Below are positions 1-8,359 of a stretch of DNA of 46,506 nucleotides, one piece after another. How positions within the stretch are numbered: position 1 is the first letter of the stretch; each line of letters opens with the position of its first letter. Both the position numbers and the translations under genes were made by a program. Location: positions 1 to 46,506 of the forward strand of contig JAISJL010000016.1 of NCBI GenBank assembly GCA_031261545.1. The letters are read 5' to 3'. The notes beneath the pieces are model-generated. The model searched no databases. It saw only the letters and a list, made by a program, of their open reading frames with translations, and was not told the DNA's origin. This DNA is from Candidatus Nomurabacteria bacterium. GTDB lineage: Bacteria; Patescibacteriota; Saccharimonadia; Saccharimonadales; Saccharimonadaceae.

Positions 1-2395
1 GTTAAAGAACAGCGTCGCGTCGTCGGCGGTCAGCGCCAAAGTGTAATTCGTGGTTTCCGGATCAAACGTCGGCACCAGCGACCCCGCCGACACGGTCAGA
101 TCGCGGAGGAAGGCGTTGGTGTTGTCCGGTGCCAATCTTGTCACCCGCGCATAACCGCCCGCCGTTTTGCCGGTGTTCGCTGCAAAAGTTCCACCCGCCG
201 GGTTCGGCATAGCCGTCTGTCCGCCCACCACATTCGTCCAGTTTTTCCCCGCACCGTCAATCATCAAAGTATCGGTAAATATCTTGCCCGAATTATGCAC
301 CGAGCATAAATTATCCGTTGTCCCGACCACGCAAGCCGCTCCGCCCGTGCCAGTTCGCGGTGCCGTTGAACTCGCCGAAATCACCGCAATCGCCCCCGTA
401 TGCCCCGAGATATACGACGAGCCGCCCGAGCCGCCAACTGAGTTTTCGTTACCAGTTCCGCCTTTTCCACCCCAATATCCACCACCGCCACCGCCCGCAA
501 AATTATAGCTATTATTTGTTGCCGCTCCGCCGACGCCAAAAGCGTTACCCGCAAGTTGCGTCGCTGCCGTTGCTACTCCGGAAGTCGTCGAACTCAATCC
601 GCCGCCGGACTGCACAATTCCAGCCACGACTTGCGAACGACTTCCTGCTCCCCCCGCCACCATCACCCGCGAAATCAAACTGTTCGCCACGCTCCAAGTC
701 GTGTCCGTCGTGCCATTACAAGTATTCGCACAAACCAATCGAAAATCCGTCGCTCCGCCGGCGCCCGGCCCGCTTCGTGCTGGCGAAGATTTTGTCCCGC
801 CATTTCCGCCACCGTTCCAACCGCCAGCTTTTGCTCCTGCTGCGTCGTTGTTACCGTTTGTCCCTTCTCGCCCCACATAAACATAAATCTTGTCATCGGC
901 ATTCATAAACAATGTCCCGGCGGTGTAAGACCCAAAAGCCACATAACCACTCGTATTCGTCACAAATGCTCCGCCACTCGCGCCCCACGCTTCCAATCTA
1001 TAATTTCCATTAGCCGGTGCTGTGAAAGTCGACGCGTATCCCGTTGCCGCAAAATCCGTCTTCGCAACCTCTGTCAATGCCCGATGCAAATTCAATGTAT
1101 ACACAGTATCTGCCTCTCCCTCTTTTGATACCGTTATCGTAATCACAGGATTTTGGATAGCCTCGCTCATATAGGACGTGCCCGTGATTGTCACAGTAGC
1201 ACTACTATCATAGGCCACCGCCGTCAGCGGAAAGACCGCCGTATTATCAAAAATGTCCACGTCATAAGTCAAAGTACTGTAATTAAACGCTGGCGACAGC
1301 ACAAAAGGCGATTCTGTTGTGAGCGATTCCAGCAAAGTTGACAGAGTAGCAACAGTTGGAAAAGTAACTTTCTGCGTCGTCGCCACCGTTGCCGTATCTC
1401 GTCCGCCGGCGACAAACAACGTATTTTGATAAGCCCCAAATTGCGTATGTGACTTCGACAATACCGCCACCGTTGGTGTTGTCGCACTCCAAGTGTTCGC
1501 TTCAATGTCATATCGTTGCACCGTCGTCGTCCACGCCGATAACCCGCGATTTGTTGCGCCGCCCACCAAATAAATATATTTTCCACCATCATAATAAGTT
1601 GCCGGCATAACCACCGGTGTCGTCATACTCGCTTTTTGAGTTACAGTTTTATTTGTCAAGTCTAGCACAAAGGTTTCATTATAAATTGTGGTCCCATCCA
1701 GCCCATTAAAAACATAGATTTTATCACCAACAATCACCGAATAATAAAAATATAAACTCCGCGGCAAAGTCTCTATCCAATCTGTTACAACGCCAGTTTC
1801 AACGTTATATTCACTAATCTTATTTGTCCACGCCGCTGTCGAAGTCGTATTCGTTATCCCACCGAAATAATAAATCGAACCATCATAATATCCCCCGCCG
1901 CTAAACCCCCTCGCTTCTGGGATATCATCAAGTTGCGTATAAGTATCGGCGCTGGGGTCATATTTGTAAACACTGTTTTGACCATAACTCGTGGTATTAT
2001 ATCCGCCCAAAATATAAGCAAAAGTTCCGTCAGACACTGCCACCGATCCAACCATTGCTTTCGGTTGCGCCGCAATCTCTTCTTGAGCAGGATTGTCTAC
2101 CGTTAAATCATATTTATACGCATTAGTTATCGCCGCCCCCGCTGTCGTCAAACTTCCGCCAAACGAATACATCGTGTCGCCTATTACTGTGGTCACACCT
2201 TGTTGCACCGCCGTTGTCAAATCCGCCGTGTTTTCCACAGTTACATCCGCCGGCCCAATCAACGCTTCCGTCATCCCAACTTTCTCCCGCGCCACCAACA
2301 ATCCTCCAACCAAACTGCCCACAATCACCAACAATGTCGCAACAAAAATTAATAACCTATATCTACCAAGAGAGAGAGAGAGGATTTCTTTTCAT
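1..2395 (-). CDS. Large surface/secreted protein, truncated by the window edge. It has an N-terminal signal-anchor, about 6 Kelch-type blades, cadherin-like beta-sandwich modules and a glycine-rich domain. The ATG at 2393-2395 is out of frame with the body.
   Basis: I translated the minus strand by hand. It is one uninterrupted frame from 2391 to position 1, absent from the ORF track because no stop lies in the window. Kelch-like blades: YSFGG, YILGGYN, YYFGGI, IYVFNG, YLVGGA, LFVAGG. Gly-rich domain: YRLEAWGASGG...GGGGGGYWGGKGG. Cadherin-like: LRDLTVSAGSLVPTFDPETTNYTL. The ATG frame stops at 2363-2365 after MKRNPLSLSW. Confidence 0.7.
2369..2382 (-). repeat. (CT)7 dinucleotide microsatellite ((AG)7 on the plus strand) just after the start codon of the surface protein gene
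   Basis: Plus strand reads agagagagagagag at 2369-2382. Adding one CT unit joins ATG 2395 in frame to the long ORF, giving MKRNPLSLSLGRYRLLIFVATLLVIVGSLVGGLLVA. Confidence 0.9.
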
Positions 2396-2396
2396 A

Positions 2397-3719
2397 CTAC
2401 TGTTTCCCCAACAAAAACGTCAATCCAGCAATCGTAATCTCAGAAAGTTCGTCTGCGCCTTGTCGCGAAAGTTCCGCCGCAATGCCCATTTTTTGCAAAA
2501 TATCTCGCAGCCTATTCGCCGAATGAAAATTACCAAAGTCCGTCTTCAACGCAAACTTCTCAATCTTCGCCCCATACACCACAAACATCTTGTCGCTCAA
2601 TTTTTCAATCCGCCATTTGTCGTCGCTATTTTTCGCTTCCAATTTAATCACCGGCAAATCCATCTCCTCGCCATCAACGAAGCCCTCCGCAATTTCCAGA
2701 GCGTATTTTCCGCTGCCCTCGTTTGCCAATTTCACCGCCCGCACTTGCTTCAATAATTCCCGCAACAAGTTCTCAATGTTAGTATGCGACAGCGACGAAA
2801 TCGCAAAAACCGGAGCATCAACCCCCACGACCTCACGCAATGCAGCAATTTGCGACGCAATTATTTCATCGTCCAGTCCGTCGATTTTTGTCAGCGCAAT
2901 AATCTCATTTCGCCCAATCAAATCTTCCGAATATTTTTCCAATTCATTCCGAATCGCCGTGTATTTTTCTGCAATATTTTCGCTATACGCGTCAATCAAA
3001 TGCAGCAAAACGCTCGTCCGCTCAATATGTTTCAGGAACTTGTCACCCAAACCTTTGCCATCGCTCGCTCCCTCAATCAGCCCCGGAATATCCGCAATCA
3101 AAAAGTCATTTTGGTCAATCGTTGCCACGCCAAGATTCGGTGTCAAAGTTGTAAACTCATAGTTCGCAATTTCCGGTCGCGCATTCGAAACCACGCTCAA
3201 AAATGTCGACTTCCCCGCATTCGGAAACCCAACCAAACCCACGTCCGCCAAAAGTTTCAACTCAATTTCTCCCGTGTATTCCTCGCCCGGTACGCCTTTT
3301 TCTGCAATTTTTGGCGTTTGTCGTGTTGAACTCTTAAAGTGCGCATTGCCAAAGCCGCCCTCGCCGCCCTTCGCCACAATTTTCCAATCTCCATCAAAAG
3401 TCAAATCCGCCACAATCTTGCCGCTTCCATCGCGAACAATCGTCCCCACTGGCACTTCCACCACCAAATCCTCGCCGCTTCGTCCAGCGCAAAGTCGCTT
3501 CGCGCCATTCGCGCCATCTTTGGCTTTAAGTTCTGGCGCATAACGAAACTTCAACAACGTATTCATATCCTTTGTCGCCCTGAAAATCACATCACCACCT
3601 TGTCCGCCGTTTCCACCGTCCGGTCCACCTTTCGGAATATAAATCTCGTGCCGAAAACTCACCGCACCGCTTCCGCCGTCGCCCGCCTTGATAAAAACTT
3701 TCGCTGTGTCAATAAACAT
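2397..3719 (-). CDS. obg: GTPase Obg/CgtA
   Basis: MFIDTAKVFIKAGDGGSGAVSFRHE... Obg fold N-terminus, G1 motif GFPNAGKST, and a DIPGLIEGAS switch region. I chose the start at 3719 (third codon of the ORF-track ORF) because a TGATATAAT box ends 6 nt upstream. Confidence 0.93.
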   Translation of the reverse strand: MFIDTAKVFIKAGDGGSGAVSFRHEIYIPKGGPDGGNGGQGGDVIFRATKDMNTLLKFRYAPELKAKDGANGAKRLCAGRSGEDLVVEVPVGTIVRDGSGKIVADLTFDGDWKIVAKGGEGGFGNAHFKSSTRQTPKIAEKGVPGEEYTGEIELKLLADVGLVGFPNAGKSTFLSVVSNARPEIANYEFTTLTPNLGVATIDQNDFLIADIPGLIEGASDGKGLGDKFLKHIERTSVLLHLIDAYSENIAEKYTAIRNELEKYSEDLIGRNEIIALTKIDGLDDEIIASQIAALREVVGVDAPVFAISSLSHTNIENLLRELLKQVRAVKLANEGSGKYALEIAEGFVDGEEMDLPVIKLEAKNSDDKWRIEKLSDKMFVVYGAKIEKFALKTDFGNFHSANRLRDILQKMGIAAELSRQGADELSEITIAGLTFLLGKQ

Positions 3720-3725
3720 ATACAT

Positions 3726-3734
3726 ATTATATCA
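3726..3734 (-). promoter_or_regulatory. Extended -10 promoter (TGATATAAT) for obg, 6 nt from the ATG (leaderless)
   Basis: The reverse complement of 3717-3740 reads TTTGTGATATAATATGTATATGTT. Confidence 0.5.
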
Positions 3735-3738
3735 CAAA

Positions 3739-3747
3739 TGTTATAAT
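3739..3747 (+). promoter_or_regulatory. Extended -10 promoter (TGTTATAAT), 6 nt from ATG 3754 (leaderless)
   Basis: aaaTGTTATAATaaagatATGaat. It lies back to back with the obg promoter in a 34-nt intergenic gap. Confidence 0.5.
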
Positions 3748-3753
3748 AAAGAT

Positions 3754-4437
3754 ATGAATAAAATCCCAAAACTCCATATATTTCTCATCATTTACATTTT
3801 TCTCTGCGCCCTAGTCTTTCTCATCACCGGCAAAACCCTCTCAATCTGGATGATTTGGAACGTTTTTTTGGCATGGCTTCCGCTTTTCTTTTCCCATTTC
3901 ATCACCAAATACAAAAACCAAAAGCTCACAAAAATCTTTTTCGGCGTCTGCTTCCTCTTTTTCCTCCCCAACGCTTTTTACGTCATGACCGACCTCATCC
4001 ACACCAACACCTACAACTTCTACAACGCTAATTATGAAATCTCCGCCACCTACTACACCGACAACTTCGACTCTTGGCTCATGCTCTTCCTCATCTTCAT
4101 CGGCGTCATCCTGTCTTGGACTTTCGGCCTCAAAGCCATCTACAAACTCCAAACTCTCCTTCCGCAAAACCAAATCCAAAACAAAAAACAAAACCCAACC
4201 ACAAATCCAAAATCACGCACAATAATTCTTTACGCAATCCTATCTTTTTTGTGCGCCCTCGGCATCTGGATCGGCCGCTTCCTCCGCTTCAATTCTTGGG
4301 ACATTTTTAACCCCCTAAACCTATTTCCCGCAATACTCCAAAACATCAACTTCTTCACCTTTCAATTCATTTCTGTTTTTGCCTTAATGATTTTCACCAG
4401 CCTGATAATTTTCCAACCAAAAATCAAAACCCCATAA
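3754..4437 (+). CDS. Multi-pass integral membrane protein (possibly DUF1361-type)
   Basis: MNKIPKLHIFLIIYIFLCALVFLI... Several hydrophobic helices and a RFLRFNSWDIF motif. The start was moved to 3754 to clear obg. Confidence 0.7.
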   Translation: MNKIPKLHIFLIIYIFLCALVFLITGKTLSIWMIWNVFLAWLPLFFSHFITKYKNQKLTKIFFGVCFLFFLPNAFYVMTDLIHTNTYNFYNANYEISATYYTDNFDSWLMLFLIFIGVILSWTFGLKAIYKLQTLLPQNQIQNKKQNPTTNPKSRTIILYAILSFLCALGIWIGRFLRFNSWDIFNPLNLFPAILQNINFFTFQFISVFALMIFTSLIIFQPKIKTP

Positions 4438-4441
4438 AAAC

Positions 4442-7400
4442 CTAGGATAATCCACAAATCGCCTCAAAATCCAAACTAGCCTCCAATTCACAAAGTTTCT
4501 CTTTAGAAAGATAGCCCTCCTTGATTTTACCGTTTTTATCTTGACCACCAGTGGGCGGATTGGCCTTGAAATAACCGCGTACGGCGATATTGAAAGCGGC
4601 CTGGAGATCGGCGTCAGAGATATGACGGCAGTCAACATATGGGCAGACGTAGATACCGATGTTGCCACGGTCTTTGCCGGCACCAAAGGTTTTGGAGAGT
4701 TCTTGCCAGTTTTTTTCTCGTTTTACTATTTCTATACCTAGACCGTCTTCGTTGGGACGCATGGCTTTATATATCATACCTTTGAGGTCTTTGCCTTTGA
4801 CGGTGTCTCCGGATTTATTGTGTGGAGCGAAGAGGCGGACATAGCGACCACTTTTCAGCTTCGTTTTTAATAGTCCATCTTTATAATCTTCTAATTGATA
4901 ATCGCCATTCTCGTCTAGGTCTAGGCTCGCCCAAGTTTTACATTTTGTGCAGAATTGCGAAGTGCCAGCAGCGGTGGTTTCTTTGGCATAGTTCAACTTT
5001 TCGCCTGGCAATGGTCGAGTTTTTGCCCCTGCCTTGTAGCCTCCCCAACTCGATTTGATTTTTTCATCATTATCGCCGCCACCTTTCAACACATCGGCTT
5101 GCTTGATACTATCATAGATCTTTGCAACTTTCTTACCACCGATTTCAAAACCGCTCACTTCATACTCAAAACTGAGTGTGGCGTTTTTGGATAATGCTAA
5201 ACTTTCAAGTTGATTTCTGTAACTACCGATTAAGCTTTCACGCAGACGAGCAACTTTTGTGTCCATCGCTGTAAAGGTCTGTCGAACTTGGCTGGCTCGC
5301 CAGCTTTTGACTTCGTTTTTTAAGACCTGCTGTTGATTATCGGCGATGAAATCGCTGTCTAATTGTTTAACCTGGTTATCCTCAACCTTAATTAAGCTCC
5401 ATGCTAAACCATATTCACCAATGTCCACGCCGATGAAACGGTTTTTGATGTTTTTGATGTTTTTGGCGTCAAACTCTGGGTTCTCTGGTGGTAATAGCTC
5501 GAATGGTTGCGAAACAAAAATGCGATGGTCTTTTTCGGAAGTTTTCGGATTATCACCAGACCAATCAATATCAACTATCTTCTCTGCGATGACAAATGCG
5601 CCTGACAGTTTCAATTTTGTCTTTTTCTGACTGTGCTTGCCGAAAAACCAACCCAAAAACTGTATCTGGTATCTTGACGAAGCGACTTTGAGCGCGGGAT
5701 ATTTCGCAGTTGTTTTCACAATATCACTTTCTGGACTGTCGGTATTGTCTTTGGCTTTACAGATTTTTGTTAGCGCGACTTTTTTATCATCATCTAGCTC
5801 ATAATTCTTGAACACATAAAAATAACGTTGAACTTCTTTATTTCGCAATTCCTCCGGCTTCTCACCTTTCTTGTGTTTCATATATTGCTTGTCAGGTTTT
5901 TGCAAACCGGCACCAAGCGTAACTTGATTGCCACCCGCAAAAACGTTGTTCTTATTGCCATCCGAACCAGTAGATTGTAGTTGATAACGCACGACAACTT
6001 GTTTTTTACTCAAAATCGCATTGTAGCCAGAAAGTTGCGAAAAAATATAGTTGTTCTCAATCTGGTCTTTTTTATCGGCGTCCGTCATCACGACCGCTAC
6101 AACTGTGCGAGCCAACTGAATAGTGTCTCTGAATAAATTGAGGTTGTTAAAATCTTTCTGGTACTCGCCAAATAATTCTCTAATTCTTGAGAGTTCGACT
6201 AATCTTTCTGCTGTCAGAGTTTTGCTCCATTCAATACACTTAAGCCGATCATCCCGCTCTCTACCACTTAAATAAAATCGCTCGGTATCTTTTTTAATAA
6301 AATTAACGCCAATTTCCGTAGCGATGCTCTCTAAAATATCTTTAACTTGTGTATTGCCATCATAACCGTCTTGCCCAAATCGCTCATAAAATCTCGCCAG
6401 AGTATTTATCGTGCGGCTTCCTTTTTCGTTCTTTTTCAGCCCGTTGGCTTCGTCTTGGTATTTATCTAAGTCGATTGCTTTATCTAAAATATCGCCGACT
6501 TTTTGGATCTCAGTTTTTATCAAAGATTTCAGATTGTAAGTTTGCTCAAAAAGTAGGCGTTTACTTTCGCCATAGAATAACGGTGCAGATTGAATATGCT
6601 TGCTCAAAATCTTCTGCCAGCCCGCTTCGTTGCTCTCGCCGTCTTCGGACTTTGTTCCACCAAGTTTATCATCTAAACTCCCGACTTCGTCGCCAACTTT
6701 TACACCCTTTTTCTTTTTGGTAGCTACGACTTTATTTTGCTGGTTGTGCTCATTCAATTTACTCCTGAGTTCTGCCAACAAACTTTCTAATTTCTCTGTA
6801 AACTCACGGTCGGCGATTTTTTCCACCCAATACTGCACAGTTCTCGCTTCTTCGGTTTTGGTTTTCTTTTTCTCAACCGTCCATGTATTCACAAAAATCT
6901 TGGGCTGCTCGGTTTTGGCGACATAATCCTTAATGTATTCTTTAGTTTCGGTTATTAACTGTTTTTCACTGTCAGTGTTTGTTTGTAATTTTAGAACCTC
7001 ATTAATCTTGTCTAACATTCTATCTAGCTCAATCATCTGTTCAGGTGCTTTTTTGAGCTTCTCTAAACGATTAGAATACCAGCTTTCTAACTTCCCACCG
7101 AAATCGTTTGCGTAATCACCCCACACCTTAACAATTTGCGGTCTCTCTGGTAGAACGTCAGCGATTTTCATTAATTCATCTAATCTGTTTTTTACAGTAT
7201 CCGTATCATAGCTGTCGCCAAAATAACTTTTGCACGCTTTAAGATAATCACGAAAGTCACCTTTTTTGACGAACAAGAACAAATCATTGAGAACGCGAGG
7301 AATATATCCTTGATTTAACGAGTAAAGAGCTATGCGATTACTTGTTTTATCGTCTTTCTTGTTTTCGTCAATCTTGTATTTATCGTTATAGCGCCTAATG

Positions 7401-8128
7401 ATTTCGTCTAACAGCTTCGTTGTGTCTTTTCCGTCAATAATCTCGAAATCTGGGTCGCAATAAAAGGCCGCATTCTTTTGCGACTCTTTTCCAGTATCCT
7501 CATCGACCGCTCTAATTCTGGGGTAATTATCGTTGTTTGGTTTTTGTAACCCGAACAGCCCGAATTTGTCTTTTTTGTTTTCTCGATACTTTTTAATTAT
7601 TTCTTTGACCTTTTCGTCGTCTTTATGTTTCTCGTCACTCAACAAATTCGCTATTTGGTTTTTCAATTTGTCGTCAGTGGTTTTCGCTGTTCCGCTTTTT
7701 ACAAACTCACACCATTTATCTTTTTTAAGTTTGTCCCGTAAATTATCGTCTATCGTGTCAAAAAGATTTGGCAAAAGTTGCTCGGAAAAATCATTTGGAG
7801 CGTGCGACTGTTTAGAAAAAATAAAACCTAAACTGAGTGCCTTGAGCCAAAACCTGAGGAATGAATATTCGCGCTCGCCATTCGCGATTTGCTCGTTGGT
7901 TTTTTCTGCTCGCCAAGTGAGATAATCGTTGAGATTAATATTGCCGTAGAGCCATTTGTTGTCGCTAGCCACGGCCTCGGCGATCTTATCACGCAAACCG
8001 GTAATGCCGCTTGGGTCAGCTAGCTCGTATTTGATGGAGCGCATTGAACCAGTTCCCCCAGAATACGCAATGCGCTCGTCGTGCAGACGATAGCCGCGTT
8101 TGCCTTGCGATCGTTTCTGAAACTTCAT
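4442..8128 (-). CDS. cas12d: Type V CRISPR effector nuclease, Cas12d (CasY)-like
   Basis: A ~1230 aa ORF flanking the CRISPR array and cas1. Residues are numbered from the ORF-track TTG at 8182.
- RuvC-I: RFIGVDIGEYGLAW (Asp920, codon 5423-5425).
- RuvC-II: LSFEYEVSGFEIGG (Glu1006).
- RuvC-III: SDADLQAAFNIAVRGY (Asp1190/1192).
- Zinc ribbon: CxxC (C1078/C1081) and CxxxxC (C1180/C1185) between RuvC-II and RuvC-III.
- N-terminal GYRLHDERIAYSGG..MRSIKYEL and SRYQIQFL match my memory of CasY proteins.
- The start is ambiguous: ATG 8128 (chosen), TTG 8146 (preceded by GAGGAGAAGG), or TTG 8182. Confidence 0.88.
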   Translation of the reverse strand: MKFQKRSQGKRGYRLHDERIAYSGGTGSMRSIKYELADPSGITGLRDKIAEAVASDNKWLYGNINLNDYLTWRAEKTNEQIANGEREYSFLRFWLKALSLGFIFSKQSHAPNDFSEQLLPNLFDTIDDNLRDKLKKDKWCEFVKSGTAKTTDDKLKNQIANLLSDEKHKDDEKVKEIIKKYRENKKDKFGLFGLQKPNNDNYPRIRAVDEDTGKESQKNAAFYCDPDFEIIDGKDTTKLLDEIIRRYNDKYKIDENKKDDKTSNRIALYSLNQGYIPRVLNDLFLFVKKGDFRDYLKACKSYFGDSYDTDTVKNRLDELMKIADVLPERPQIVKVWGDYANDFGGKLESWYSNRLEKLKKAPEQMIELDRMLDKINEVLKLQTNTDSEKQLITETKEYIKDYVAKTEQPKIFVNTWTVEKKKTKTEEARTVQYWVEKIADREFTEKLESLLAELRSKLNEHNQQNKVVATKKKKGVKVGDEVGSLDDKLGGTKSEDGESNEAGWQKILSKHIQSAPLFYGESKRLLFEQTYNLKSLIKTEIQKVGDILDKAIDLDKYQDEANGLKKNEKGSRTINTLARFYERFGQDGYDGNTQVKDILESIATEIGVNFIKKDTERFYLSGRERDDRLKCIEWSKTLTAERLVELSRIRELFGEYQKDFNNLNLFRDTIQLARTVVAVVMTDADKKDQIENNYIFSQLSGYNAILSKKQVVVRYQLQSTGSDGNKNNVFAGGNQVTLGAGLQKPDKQYMKHKKGEKPEELRNKEVQRYFYVFKNYELDDDKKVALTKICKAKDNTDSPESDIVKTTAKYPALKVASSRYQIQFLGWFFGKHSQKKTKLKLSGAFVIAEKIVDIDWSGDNPKTSEKDHRIFVSQPFELLPPENPEFDAKNIKNIKNRFIGVDIGEYGLAWSLIKVEDNQVKQLDSDFIADNQQQVLKNEVKSWRASQVRQTFTAMDTKVARLRESLIGSYRNQLESLALSKNATLSFEYEVSGFEIGGKKVAKIYDSIKQADVLKGGGDNDEKIKSSWGGYKAGAKTRPLPGEKLNYAKETTAAGTSQFCTKCKTWASLDLDENGDYQLEDYKDGLLKTKLKSGRYVRLFAPHNKSGDTVKGKDLKGMIYKAMRPNEDGLGIEIVKREKNWQELSKTFGAGKDRGNIGIYVCPYVDCRHISDADLQAAFNIAVRGYFKANPPTGGQDKNGKIKEGYLSKEKLCELEASLDFEAICGLS

Positions 8129-8172
8129 ATACTGCTTTTTCTTCAAAATGTCCTTCTCCTCTTGACATATAA

Positions 8173-8197
8173 TTAATTGCAATCTGTTATTTTAGAG
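8173..8197. repeat. Left arm of the inverted repeat bracketing the non-coding gap and the CRISPR array
   Basis: aatctgttattttagag (8181-8197) is the exact reverse complement of ctctaaaataacagatt (8522-8538). ttaattgcaa (8173-8182) pairs with ttgcaattaa (8545-8554). Read on the minus strand it contains TAAAAT (8189-8194), 6 nt before TTG 8182. Confidence 0.85.
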
Positions 8198-8358
8198 ACC
8201 ATGAGATAAAGGCTAAGATACTTTCTAGTGAATTCACAAACACTATCATATCTGGAAACATCATGGATTTACTTGAGAAGAAAAGAATAAGCAAAAATTT
8301 TCGGCAACTTCGCTACGCTCGCTGCCGCTTCCAATAAATTGGAACCGCAACGAAGCCC
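8187..8358 (-). ncRNA. Candidate scoutRNA/tracr-like non-coding region between cas12d and the array
   Basis: - Plus strand 8193-8213 (TAGAG-ACCAT-GAGATAAAGGC) is an inverted, degenerate copy of the 3' half of the repeat (TAGAGGAGAAAAGGC in minus sense).
- A minus-strand transcript would therefore carry an anti-repeat.
- Hairpins: ttccaa-taaa-ttggaa (8329-8344) and cggcagc...gttgccg in minus sense (8302-8327), the latter followed by AAAATTTTT.
- There is no ORF. Strand and ends are unverified. Confidence 0.3.
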
Positions 8359-8359
8359 T

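Noticed and set aside
167-1128. Pro/Arg/Ser-rich plus-strand ORFs (167-508, 318-908, 556-1128).
   Set aside because: They are antisense or out of frame relative to the long minus-strand surface-protein ORF. That ORF has coherent Kelch and Gly-rich domain content, whereas these are low-complexity artefacts of the Gly/Ala-rich coding strand.
4384-4686. 100 aa minus-strand ORF spanning the junction of the membrane gene and cas12d.
   Set aside because: It is out of frame with the cas12d 3' end and antisense to the membrane gene, and it has no motifs.
8129-8182. N-terminal extension of the effector from the TTG at 8182 (MQLIICQEEKDILKKKQY).
   Set aside because: The TTG lies inside the inverted-repeat arm, 6 nt after a TAAAAT box. 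It is more likely the transcription start region and 5' UTR. ATG 8128 gives an N-terminus that lines up with what I recall of CasY proteins. This is not excluded; TTG 8146, preceded by a GGAGAAGG SD, is another option.
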